This document shows, piece after piece, positions 28,701-41,000 of a DNA stretch of 64,000 bases. Under the pieces are notes generated by a model, which was not told the origin of the DNA, made no database searches, and saw nothing but the letters and a program-made list of their open reading frames with translations. How positions within the stretch are numbered: position 1 is the stretch's first letter; each line of letters starts with the position of its first letter. Origin of the DNA: Eledone cirrhosa (Eukaryota). Position numbers and translations under genes: made by a program. The DNA is taken from NCBI GenBank assembly GCA_964016885.1, contig OZ024746.1, positions 52,948,001-53,012,000 on the forward strand. The letters run 5' to 3'.

Positions 28701-31700
28701 GTTGTTATTGTAGCTAGTGGTTGCTGTGTTGGTAGATTTGTTGTTGTTATTGTAGTTAGTGGTTGCTATGATGGTAGTGTTGTTGTTGTTATTGTAGCTA
28801 GTGGTTGCTGTGATGGTAGTTTTTTTTTGTTATTGTAGTTAGTGGTTGCTGTAATGGTAGTGTTGTTGTTGTTGTTATTGTAGTTAGTGGTTGCTGTGAT
28901 GGTAGTGTTGTTGTTGTTATTGTAGTTAGTGGTTGCTGAGATGGTAGTGTTGTTGTTGTTATTGTAGTTAGTGGTTGCTGAGATGGTAGTGTTTTTGTTG
29001 TTGTTATTGTAGTTATTGGTTTCTGTGATGGTAGTGTTGTTGTTGTTGTTATTGTAGTTAGTGGTTGCTGAGATGGTAGTGTTGTTGTTGTTGTTATTGT
29101 AGTTAGTGGTTTCTGTGATGGTAGATTTGTTGTTGTTGTTATTGTAGTTAGTGGTTTCTGTGATGGTAGTGTTGTTGTTGTTGTTATTGTAGTTAGTGGT
29201 TTCTGTGATGGTAGTGTTGTTGTTGTTATTGTAGTTAGTGGTTGCTGAGATGGTAGTGTTGTTGTTGTTGTTATTGTAGTTAGAGGTTGCTGTGATGGTA
29301 GTGTTGTTGTTGTCATTGTAGTTAGTGGTTTCTGTGATGTTAGTGTTGTTGTTGTTGTTATTGTAGTTAGTGGTTGCTGAGATGGTAGTGTTGTTGTTGT
29401 TGTTATTGTAGTTAGTGGTTGCTGAGATGGTAGTGTTGTTGTTGTTGTTATTGTAGTTAGTGGTTGCTGTGATGGTAGTGTTGTTGTTGTTATTGTAGTT
29501 AGTGGTTGCTGAGATGGTAGTGTTGTTGTTGTTGTTATTGTAGTTAGTGGTTGCTGTGATGGTAGTGTTGTTGTTGTTATTGTAGTTAGTGGTTTCTGAG
29601 ATGGTAGTGTTGTTGTTGTTATTGTAGTTAGTGGTTGCTGAGATGGTAGTGTTGTTGTTGTTTTTATTGTAGTTAGTGGTTGCTGTGATGGTAGTGTTGT
29701 TGTTGTTGTTATTGTAGTTAGTGGTTGCTGAGATGGTAGTGTTGTTGTTGTTGTTATTGTAGTTAGTGGTTTCTGTGATGGTAGTGTTGTTGTTGTTGTT
29801 ATTGTAGTTAGTGGTTGCTGCGATGGTAGTGTTGTTGTTGTTATTCTAGTTAGTGGTTGCTGTGATGGTAGTGTTGTTGTTGTTGTTATTGTAGTTAGTA
29901 GTTTCTGTGATGGTAGTGTTGTTGTTGTTATTGTAGTTAGTGGTTGCTGTGATGGTAGTGTTGTTGTTGTTGTTATTGTAGATAGAGGTTGCTGAGATGG
30001 TAGTGTTGTTGTTGTTGTTATTGTAGTTAGTGATTGCTGAGATGGTAGTGTTGTTGTTGTTGTTATTGTGGGTTAGATGTTGCTGAGATGGTAGTGTTGT
30101 TGTTGTTATTCTAGTTAGTGGTTGCTGTGATGGTAGTGTTGTTGTTGTTGTTATTGTAGTTAGTGGTTTCTGTGATGGTAGTGTTGTTGTTGTTATTGTA
30201 GTTAGTGGTTGCTGAGATAATAGTGTTGTTGTTGTTGTTATTGTAGTTAGTGGTTGCTGAGATGATAGTGTTGTTGTTGTTGTTATTGTAGTTAGTAGTT
30301 GCTGAGATGGTAGTGTTGTTGTTGTTGTTATGTAGTTAGTGGTTTTTGTGATGGTAGTGTTGTTGTTGTTGTTATTGTAGTTAGTGGTTGCTGTGATGGT
30401 AGTGTTGTTGTTGTTATTGTAGTTAGAGGTTGCTGAGATGGTAGTGTTGTTGTTGTTGTTATTGTAGTTAGTGGTTGCTGAGATGGTAGTGTTGTTGCTG
30501 TTGTTATTGTAGTTAGTGGTTTCTGTGATGGTAGAGTTGTTGTTGTTGTTATTGTAGTTAGTGGTTGCTGTGTTGGTAGTGTTGTTGTTGTTATTCTAGT
30601 TAGTGGTTGCTGTGAAGTTAGTGTTGTTGTTGTTGTTATTGTAGTTAGTGGTTTCTGTGATGGTAGTGTTGTTGTTGTTATTGTAGTTAGTGGTTGCTGA
30701 GATGGTAGTGTTGTTGTTAGTATTGTAGTTAGAGGTTGCTGAGATGGTAGTGTTGTTGTTGTTATTCTAGTTAGTGGTTGCTGTGATGGTAGTGTTGTTG
30801 TTATTATTGTAGTTAGAGGTTGCTGAGATGGTAGTGTTGTTGTTGTTATTCTAGTTAGTGGTTGCTGTGATGGTAGTGTTGTTGTTGTTGTTATTGTAGA
30901 TGGTGGTTTCTGTGATGGTAGTGTTGTTGTTGTTATTGTAGTTAGAGATTGCTGAGATGGTAGTGTTGTTGTTGTTGTTATTGGTTGCTGTGATGTTAGT
31001 GTTGTTGTTGTTATTGTAGTTAGTGGTTGTTGTGATGGTAATGTTGTTGTTGTTGTTATTGTAGTTAGTGTTCGTTGTGATGGTAGTGTTGTTGTTGTTG
31101 TTGTAGTTAGTGGTTGATGTGATGTTAGTGTTGTTATTGTTATTGTAGTTAGTGGTTGCTGTGATGGTAGTGTTGTTGTTGTTATTGTAGTTAGTGTTTG
31201 CTGAGATGGTAGTGTTGTTGTTGTTTTTATTGTAGTTAGTGGTTGCTGAGATGGTAGTGTTGTTTTTGTTATTGTAGTTAGTGGTTTCTGTGATGGTAGT
31301 GTTGTTGTTGTTGTTATTGTAGTTAGTGGTTGCTGAGATGGTAGTGTTGTTGTTGTGGTTATTGTTGTTAGTGGTTGCTGAGATGGTAGTGTTGTTGTTG
31401 TTATTGTAGCTAGTGGTTGCTGTGATGGTAGTGTTGTTGTTGTTATTGTAGTTAGTGGTTACTATGATGGTAGTGATGTTGTTGTTATTGTAGCTAGTGG
31501 TTGCTGTGTTGGTAGTGTTGTTGTTGTTATTGTAGTTAGTGGTTGCTATGATGGTAGTGTTGTTGTTGTTATTGTAGCTAGTGGTTGCTGTGATGGTAGT
31601 GTTTTTTTGTTATTGTAGTTAGTGGTTGCTGTAATGATAGTGTTGTTGTTGTTGTTATTGTAGTTAGTGGTTGCTGTGATGGTAGTGTTGTTGTTGTTAT

Positions 31701-32504
31701 TGTAGTTAGTGGTTGCTGAGATGGTAGTGTTGTTGTTATTATTGTAGTTAGTGGTTGCTGAGATGGTATGTTTTTGTTGTTGTTATTGTAGTTAGTGGTT
31801 GCTGAGATGGTAGGGTTGTTGTTGTTGTTATTGTAGTTAGTGGTTTCTGTGATGGTAGTGTTGTTGTTGTTGTTATTCTAGTTAGTGGTTGCTGAGATGA
31901 TAGTGTTGTTGTTGTTGTTATTGTAGTTAGTGGTTGCTGAGATGGTAGTGTTTTTGTTGTTGTTATTGTAGTTAGTGGTTTCTGTGATGGTAGTGTTGTT
32001 GTTGTTGTTATTGTAGTTAGTGGTTGCTGAGATAGTAGTGTTATTGTTGTTGTTATTGTAGTTAGTGGTTGCTGAGATGGTAGTGTTTTTGTTGTTGTTA
32101 TTGTAGTTAGTGGTTGCTGAGATGGTAGTGTTGTTGTTGTTGTTATTGTAGTTATTGGTTTCTGTGATGGTAGTGTTGTTGTTGTTGTTATTGTAGTTAG
32201 TGGTTGCTGAGATGGTAGTGTTGTTGTTGTTGTTATTGTAGTTAGTGGTTTCTGTGATGGTAGATTTGTTGTTGTTGTTATTGTAGTTAGTGGTTGCTGT
32301 GATGGTAGTGTTGTTGTTGTTATTCTAGTTAGTGGTTGCTGTGATGGTAGTGTTGTTGTTGTTGTTATTGTAGTTAGTGGTTTCTGTGATGGTAGTGTTG
32401 TTGTTGTTATTGTAGTTAGTGGTTGCTGAGATGGTAGTGTTGTTGTTGTTGTTATTGTAGTTAGAGGTTGCTGTGATGGTAGTGTTGTTGTTGTCATTGT
32501 AGTT

Positions 32505-35060
32505 AGTGGTTTCTGTGATGTTAGTGTTGTTGTTGTTGTTATTGTAGTTAGTGGTTGTTGAGATGGTAGTGTTGTTGTTGTTGTTATTGTAGTTAGTGGT
32601 TGCTGAGATGGTAGTGTTGTTGTTGTTGTTATTGTAGTTAGTGGTTGCTGTGATGGTAGTGTTGTTGTTGTTATTGTAGTTAGTGGTTGCTGAGATGGTA
32701 GTGTTGTTGTTGTTGTTATTGTAGTTAGTGGTTGCTGTGATGGTAGTGTTGTTGTTGTTATTGTAGTTAGTGGTTTCTGAGATGGTAGTGTTGTTGTTGT
32801 TATTGTAGTTAGTGGTTGCTGAGATGGTAGTGTTGTTGTTGTTTTTATTGTAGTTAGTGGTTGCTGTGATGGTAGTGTTGTTGTTGTTGTTATTGTAGTT
32901 AGTGGTTGCTGAGATGGTAGTGTTGTTGTTGTTGTTATTGTAGTTAGTGGTTGCTGAGATGGTAGTGTTGTTGTTGTTGTTATTGTAGTTAGTGGTTGCT
33001 GAGATGGTAGTGTTGTTGTTGTTGTTATTGTAGTTAGTGGTTTCTGTGATGGTAGTGTTGTTGTTGTTGTTATTGTAGTTAGTGGTTGCTGCGATGGTAG
33101 TGTTGTTGTTGTTATTCTTGTTAGTGGTTGCTGTGATGGTAGTGTTGTTGTTGTTGTTATTGTAGTTAGTAGTTTCTGTGATGGTAGTGTTGTTGTTGTT
33201 ATTGTAGTTAGTGGTTGCTGTGATGGTAGTGTTGTTGTTGTTGTTATTGTAGATAGAGGTTGCTGAGATGGTAGTGTTGTTGTTGTTGTTATTGTAGTTA
33301 GTGATTGCTGTGATGGTAGTGTTGTTGTTGTTGTTATTGTTGTAGTTAGAGGTTGCTGAGGTGGTAGTGTTGTTGTTGTTGTTGTTATTGTAGTTAGAGA
33401 TTGCTGAGATGGTAGTGTTGTTGTTGTTCTTATTGTAGTTAGTGATTGCTGTGATGGTAGTGTTGTTGTTGTTGTTATTGTAGATAGAGGTTGCTGAGAT
33501 GGTAGTGTTGTTGTTGTTGTTATTGTAGTTAGAGGTTGCTGAGATGGTAGTGTTGTTGTTGTTATTCTAGTTAGTGGTTGCTGTGATGGTAGTGTTGTTG
33601 TTGTTGTTATTGTAGTTAGTGGTTTCTGTGATGGTAGTGTTGTTGTTGTTGTTATTGTAGTTAGTGGTTGCTGAGATAATAGTGTTGTTGTTGTTGTTAT
33701 TGTAGTTAGTGGTTGCTGAGATGGTAGTGTTGTTGTTGTTGTTATTGTAGTTAGTGGTTGCTGTGATGGTAGTGTTGTTGTTGTTATTGTAGTTAGTGGT
33801 TTCTGAGATGGTAGTGTTGTTGTTGTTATTGTAGTTAGTGGTTTCTGTGATGTTAGTGTTGTTGTTGTTGTTATTGTAGTTAGTGGTTGTTGAGATGGTA
33901 GTGTTGTTGTTGTTGTTATTGTAGTTAGTGGTTGCTGAGATGGTAGTGTTGTTGTTGTTGTTATTGTAGTTAGTGGTTGCTGTGATGGTAGTGTTGTTGT
34001 TGTTATTGTAGTTAGTGGTTGCTGAGATGGTAGTGTTGTTGTTGTTGTTATTGTAGTTAGTGGTTGCTGTGATGGTAGTGTTGTTGTTGTTATTGTAGTT
34101 AGTGGTTTCTGAGATGGTAGTGTTGTTGTTGTTATTGTAGTTAGTGGTTGCTGAGATGGTAGTGTTGTTGTTGTTTTTATTGTAGTTAGTGGTTGCTGTG
34201 ATGGTAGTGTTGTTGTTGTTGTTATTGTAGTTAGTGGTTGCTGAGATGGTAGTGTTGTTGTTGTTGTTATTGTAGTTAGTGGTTGCTGAGATGGTAGTGT
34301 TGTTGTTGTTGTTATTGTAGTTAGTGGTTGCTGAGATGGTAGTGTTGTTGTTGTTGTTATTGTAGTTAGTGGTTTCTGTGATGGTAGTGTTGTTGTTGTT
34401 GTTATTGTAGTTAGTGGTTGCTGCGATGGTAGTGTTGTTGTTGTTATTCTTGTTAGTGGTTGCTGTGATGGTAGTGTTGTTGTTGTTGTTATTGTAGTTA
34501 GTAGTTTCTGTGATGGTAGTGTTGTTGTTGTTATTGTAGTTAGTGGTTGCTGTGATGGTAGTGTTGTTGTTGTTGTTATTGTAGATAGAGGTTGCTGAGA
34601 TGGTAGTGTTGTTGTTGTTGTTATTGTAGTTAGTGATTGCTGTGATGGTAGTGTTGTTGTTGTTGTTATTGTTGTAGTTAGAGGTTGCTGAGGTGGTAGT
34701 GTTGTTGTTGTTGTTGTTATTGTAGTTAGAGATTGCTGAGATGGTAGTGTTGTTGTTGTTCTTATTGTAGTTAGTGATTGCTGTGATGGTAGTGTTGTTG
34801 TTGTTGTTATTGTAGATAGAGGTTGCTGAGATGGTAGTGTTGTTGTTGTTGTTATTGTAGTTAGAGGTTGCTGAGATGGTAGTGTTGTTGTTGTTATTCT
34901 AGTTAGTGGTTGCTGTGATGGTAGTGTTGTTGTTGTTGTTATTGTAGTTAGTGGTTTCTGTGATGGTAGTGTTGTTGTTGTTGTTATTGTAGTTAGTGGT
35001 TGCTGAGATAATAGTGTTGTTGTTGTTGTTATTGTAGTTAGTGGTTGCTGAGATGGTAGT
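32505..35060. repeat. Tandem duplication with 1332-bp period inside the array
   Basis: Rare variants ATTCTTG (33117/34449), GTTGTTGAGA (32551/33883) and GAGGTGGTAG (33358/34690) all recur at offset 1332. Confidence 0.88.
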
Positions 35061-38000
35061 GTTGTTGTTGTTGTTATGTAGTTAGTGGTTTTTGTGATGG
35101 TAGTGTTGTTGTTGTTGTTATTGTAGTTAGTGGTTGCTGTGATGGTAGTGTTGTTGTTGTTATTCTAGTTAGTGGTTGCTGAGATGGTAGTGTTGTTGTT
35201 GTTGTTATTGTAGTTAGTGGTTGCTGAGATGGTAGTGTTGTTGCTGTTGTTATTGTAGTTAGTGGTTTCTGTGATGGTAGAGTTGTTGTTGTTGTTATTG
35301 TAGTTAGTGGTTGCTGTGTTGGTAGTGTTGTTGTTGTTATTCTAGTTAGTGGTTGCTGTGAAGGTAGTGTTGTTGTTGTTGTTATTGTAGTTAGTGGTTT
35401 CTGTGATGGTAGTGTTGTTGTTGTTATTGTAGTTAGTGGTTGCTGAGATGGTAGTGTTGTTGTTAGTATTGTAGTTAGAGGTTGCTGAGATGGTAGTGTT
35501 GTTGTTGTTATTCTAGTTAGTGGTTGCTGTGATGGTAGTGTTGTTGTTCTTGTTATTGTAGATAGTGGTTTCTGTGATGGTAGTGTTGTTGTTGTTATTG
35601 TAGTTAGAGATTGCTGAGATGGTAGTGTTGTTGTTGTTGTTATTGGTTGCTGTGATGTTAGTGTTGTTGTTGTTGTTGTAGTTAGTGGTTGATGTGATGT
35701 TAGTGTTGTTATTGTAGTTAGTGGTTGCTGTGATGGTAGTGTTGTTGTTGTTATTGTAGTTAGTGTTTGCTGAGATGGTAGTGTTGTTGTTGTTTTTATT
35801 GTAGTTAGTGGTTGCTGAGATGGTAGTGTTGTTTTTGTTATTGTAGTTAGTGGTTTCTGTGATGGTAGTGTTGTTGTTGTTGTTATTGTAGTTAGTGGTT
35901 GCTGAGATGGTAGTGTTGTTGTTGTGGTTATTGTAGTTAGTGGTTGCTGAGATGGTAGTGTTGTTGTTGTTGTTGTAGTTAGTGGTTTCTGTGATGCTAG
36001 TGTTCTTGTTGTTGTTGTTATTGTAGTTAGTGGTTGCTGTGATGGTAGAGTTGTTGGTGTTGTTGTTATTGTAGTTAGTGGTTGCTGTGATGGTAGTGTT
36101 GTTGTTGTTGTTATTGTAGTTAGTGGTTTCTGTGATGCTAGTGTTCTTGTTGTTGTTGTTATTGTAGTTAGTGGTTGCTGTGATGGTAGTGTTGTTGTTG
36201 TTATTGTAGTTAGTGGTTACTATGATGGTAGTGATGTTGTTGTTATTGTAGCTAGTGGTTGCTGTGTTGGTAGTGTTGTTGTTGTTATTGTAGTTAGTGG
36301 TTGCTATGATGGTAGTGTTGTTGTTGTTGTTATTGTAGTTAGTGGTTTCTGTGATGGTAGTGTTGTTGTTGTTATTGTAGCTAGTGGTTGCTGTGATGGT
36401 AGTGTTTTTGTTGTTATTGTAGTTAGTGGTTGCTGTAATGGTAGTGTTGTTGTTGTTGTTATTGTAGTTAGTGGTTGCTGTGATGGTAGTGTTGTTGTTG
36501 TTATTGTAGTTAGTGGTTGCTGTGATGGTAGTGTTGTTGTTGTTGTTATTGTAGTTAGTGGTTTCTGTGATGGTAGTGTTGTTGTTGTTATTGTAGTTAG
36601 TGGTTGCTGAGATAGTAGTGTTGTTGTTGTTGTTATTGTAGTTAGTGGTTTCTGTGATGGTAGTGTTGTTGTTGTTGTTATTGTAGTTAGTGGTTGCTGA
36701 GATGATAGTGTTGTTGTTGTTGTTATTGTAGTTAGTGTTTGCTGAGTTGGTAGTGTTGTTGTTGTTGTTATTGTAGTTAGTGGTTTCTGTGATGGTAGTG
36801 TTGTTGTTGTTGTTATTGTAGTTAGTGGTTGCTGTGATGGTAGTGTTGTTGTTGTCGTTATTGTAGTTAGTGGTTGCTGTGATGGTAGTGTTGTTGTTGT
36901 TATTGTAGTTAGTGGTTGCTGAGATGGTAGTGTTGTTGTTGTTGTTGTAGTTAGTAGTTGCTGTGATGGTAGTGTTGTTGTTGTTGTTATTGTAGTTAGT
37001 GGTTGCTGAGATGGTAGTGTTGTTGTTGTTGTTGTAGTTAGTGGTTGCTGTGATGGTAGTGTTGTTGTTGTTATTCTAGTTAGTGGTTGCTGAGATGATA
37101 GTGTTGTTGTTGTTGTTATTGTAGAAGGTGGTTTCTGTGATGGTAGTGTTGTTGTTGTTGTTATTGTAGTTAGTGGTTGCGGAGATGGTAGTGTTGTTGT
37201 TGTTGTTATTGTAGTTAGAGTTTGCTTAGATGGTAGTGTTGTTGTTGTTGTTATTGTAGTTAGTGGTTGCTGAGATGGTAGTGTTGTTGTTGTTGTTATT
37301 GTAGTTAGAGGTTGCTGTGATGGTAGTGTTGTTGTTGTTGTTATTGTAGTTAGTGGTTTCTGTGATGGTAGTGTTGTTGTTGTTGTTATTGTAGTTAGTG
37401 GTTGATGAGATAATAGTGTTGTTGTTGTTGTTATTGTAGTTAGTGGTTGCTGAGATGATAGTGTTGTTGTTGTTGTTATTGTAGTTAGTGGTTGCTGAGA
37501 TGGTAGTGTTGTTGCTGTTGTTATTGTAGTTAGTGGTTTTTGTGATGGTAGTGTTGTTGTTGTTGTTATTGTAGTTAGTGGTTGCTGTGATGGTAGTGTT
37601 GTTGTTGTTATTGTAGTTAGTGGTTGCTGAGATGGTAGTGTTGTTGTTGTTGTTATTGTAGTTAGTGGTTGCTGAGATGGTAGTGTTGTTGCTGTTGTTA
37701 TTGTAGTTAGTGGTTTCTGTGATGGTAGTGTTGTTGTTGTTGTTATTGTAGTTAGTGGTTGTGTGTTGGTAGTGTTGTTGTTGTTATTCTAGTTAGTGGT
37801 TGCTGTGAAGGTAGTGTTGTTGTTGTTGTTATTGTAGTTAGTGGTTTCTGTGATGGTAGTGTTGTTGTTGTTATTGTAGTTAGTGGTTGCTGAGATGGTA
37901 GTGTTGTTGTTAGTATTGTAGTTAGAGGTTCCTGAGATGGTAGTGTTGTTGTTGTTATTCTAGTTAGTGGTTGCTGTGATGGTAGTGTTGTTGTTATTAT

Positions 38001-41000
38001 TGTAGTTAGAGGTTGCTGAGATGGTAGTGTTGTTGTTGTTATTCTAGTTAGTGGTTGCTGTGATGGTAGTGTTGTTGTTGTTGTTATTGTAGATAGTGGT
38101 TTCTGTGATGGTAGTGTTGTTGTTGTTATTGTAGTTAGAGATTGCTGAGATGGTAGTGTTGTTGTTGTTGTTATTGGTTGCTGTGATGTTAGTGTTGTTG
38201 TTGTTATTGTAGTTCGTGGTTGTTGTGATGGTCGTGTTGTTGTTGTTGTTATTGTAGTTAGTGTTCGTTGTGATGGTAGTGTTGTTGTTGTTGTTGTAGT
38301 TAGTGGTTGATGTGATGTTAGTGTTGTTATTGTTATTGTAGTTAGTGGTTGTTGTGATGGTAGTGTTGTTGTTGTTGTTGTTGTAGTTAGTAGTTGATGT
38401 GATGGTAGTGTTGTTGTTGTTATTGTAGTTACTGGTTGTTGTGATGGTAGTGTTGTTGTTGTTATTGTAGTTAGTGGTTTCTGTGATGGTAGTGTTGTTG
38501 TTGTTGTTATTGTAGTTAGTGGTTGCTGAGATGATAGTGTTGTTGTTGTTGTTATTGTAGTTAGTGTTTGCTGAGTTGGTAGTGTTGTTGTTGTTGTTAT
38601 TGTAGTTAGTGGTTTCTGTGATGGTAGTGTTGTTGTTGTTGTTTTTGTAGTTAGTGGTTGCTGTGATGGTAGTGTTGTTGTTGTTGTTATTGTAGTTAGT
38701 GGTTGCTGTGATGGTAGTGTTGTTGTTGTTATTGTAGTTAGTGGTTGCTGAGATGGTAGTGTTGTTGTTGTTGTTGTAGTTAGTAGTTGCTGTGATGGTA
38801 GTGTTGTTGTTGTTGTTATTGTAGTTAGTGGTTGCTGAGATGGTAGTGTTGTTGTTGTTGTTGTAGTTAGTGGTTGATGAGATGGTAGTGTTGTTGTTGT
38901 TGTTATTGTAGTTAGTGGTTGCTGTGATGGTAGTGTTGTTGTTGTTGTTATTGTAGTTAGTGGTTTCTGTGATGGTAGTGTTGTTGTTGTTGTTATTGTA
39001 GTTAGTGGTTGCTGTGATGGTAGTGTTGTTGTTGTTATTGAAGTTAGTGGTTGCTGAGATGGTAGTGTTGTTGTTGTTGTTATAGGTAGTTAGTGGTTGC
39101 TGAGATGGTAGTGTTGTTGTTGTTGTTATTGTAGTTAGTGTTTTCTGTGATGGTAGTGTTGTTGTTGTTGTTATTGTAGTTATAGGTTGCTGTGATGGTA
39201 GTGTTGTTGTTGTTATTCTAGTTAGTGGTTGCTGAGATGATAGTGTTGTTGTTGTTGTTATTGTAGTTAGTGGTTGCGGAGATGGTAGTGTTGTTGTTGT
39301 TGTTATTGTAGTTAGAGTTTGCTTAGATGGTAGTGTTGTTGTTGTTGTTATTGTAGTTAGTGGTTGCTGAGATGGTAGTGTTGTTGTTGTTGTTATTGTA
39401 GTTAGTGGTTGCGGAGATGGTAGTGTTGTTGTTGTTGTTATTGTAGTTAGAGTTTGCTTAGATGGTAGTGTTGTTGTTGTTGTTATTGTAGTTAGTGGTT
39501 GCTGAGATGGTAGTGTTGTTGTTGTTGTTATTGTAGTTAGAGGTTGCTGTGATGGTAGTGTTGTTGTTGTTGTTATTGTAGTTAGTGGTTTCTGTGATGG
39601 TAGTGTTGTTGTTGTTGTTATTGTAGTTAGTGGTTGATGAGATAATAGTGTTGTTGTTGTTGTTGTTATTGTAGTTAGTGGTTGCTGAGATGATAGTGTT
39701 GTTGTTGTTGTTATTGTAGTTAGTGGTTGCTGAGATGGTAGTGTTGTTGTTGTTGTTATGTAGTTAGTGGTTTTTGTGATGGTAGTGTTGTTGTTGTTGT
39801 TATTGTAGTTAGTGGTTGCTGTGATGGTAGTGTTGTTGTTGTTATTGTAGTTAGTGGTTGCTGAGATGGTAGTGTTGTTGCTGTTGTTATTGTAGTTAGT
39901 GGTTTCTGTGATGGTAGAGTTGTTGTTGTTGTTATTGTAGTTAGTGGTTGCTGTGTTGGTAGTGTTGTTGTTGTTATTCTAGTTAGTGGTTGCTGTGAAG
40001 GTAGTGTTGTTGTTGTTGTTATTGTAGTTAGTGGTTTCTGTGATGGTAGTGTTGTTGTTGTTATTGTAGTTAGTGGTTGCTGAGATGGTAGTGTTGTTGT
40101 TAGTATTGTAGTTAGAGGTTGCTGAGATGGTAGTGTTGTTGTTGTTATTCTAGTTAGTGGTTGCTGTGATGGTAGTGTTGTTGTTATTATTGTAGTTAGA
40201 GGTTGCTGAGATGGTAGTGTTGTTGTTGTTATTCTAGTTAGTGGTTGCTGTGATGGTAGTGTTGTTGTTGTTGTTATTGTAGATAGTGGTTTCTGTGATG
40301 GTAGTGTTGTTGTTGTTATTGTAGTTAGAGATTGCTGAGATGGTAGTGTTGTTGTTGTTGTTATTGTAGTTAGAGGTTGCTGTGATGGTAGTGTTGTTGT
40401 TGTTGTTATTGTAGTTAGTGGTTTCTGTGATGGTAGTGTTGTTGTTGTTGTTATTGTAGTTAGTGGTTGATGAGATAATAGTGTTGTTGTTGTTGTTATT
40501 GTAGTTAGTGGTTGCTGAGATGATAGTGTTGTTGTTGTTGTTATTGTAGTTAGTGGTTGCTGAGATGGTAGTGTTGTTGTTGTTGTTATGTAGTTAGTGG
40601 TTTTTGTGATGGTAGTGTTGTTGTTGTTGTTATTGTAGTTAGTGGTTGCTGTGATGGTAGTGTTGTTGTTGTTATTGTAGTTAGTGGTTGCTGAGATGGT
40701 AGTGTTGTTGTTGTTGTTATTGTAGTTAGTGGTTGCTGAGATGGTAGTGTTGTTGCTGTTGTTATTGTAGTTAGTGGTTTCTGTGATGGTAGAGTTGTTG
40801 TTGTTGTTATTGTAGTTAGTGGTTGCTGTGTTGGTAGTGTTGTTGTTGTTATTCTAGTTAGTGGTTGCTGTGAAGGTAGTGTTGTTGTTGTTGTTATTGT
40901 AGTTAGTGGTTTCTGTGATGGTAGTGTTGTTGTTGTTATTGTAGTTAGTGGTTGCTGAGATGGTAGTGTTGTTGTTAGTATTGTAGTTAGAGGTTGCTGA

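Noticed and set aside
12989-32497. Five short Thr-rich ORFs as genuine mucin-like CDSs
   Set aside because: They lie entirely within the repeat, start at a duplicated point variant and end through frameshift alleles. They have no signal peptide, promoter-like unique sequence or non-repeat domain.
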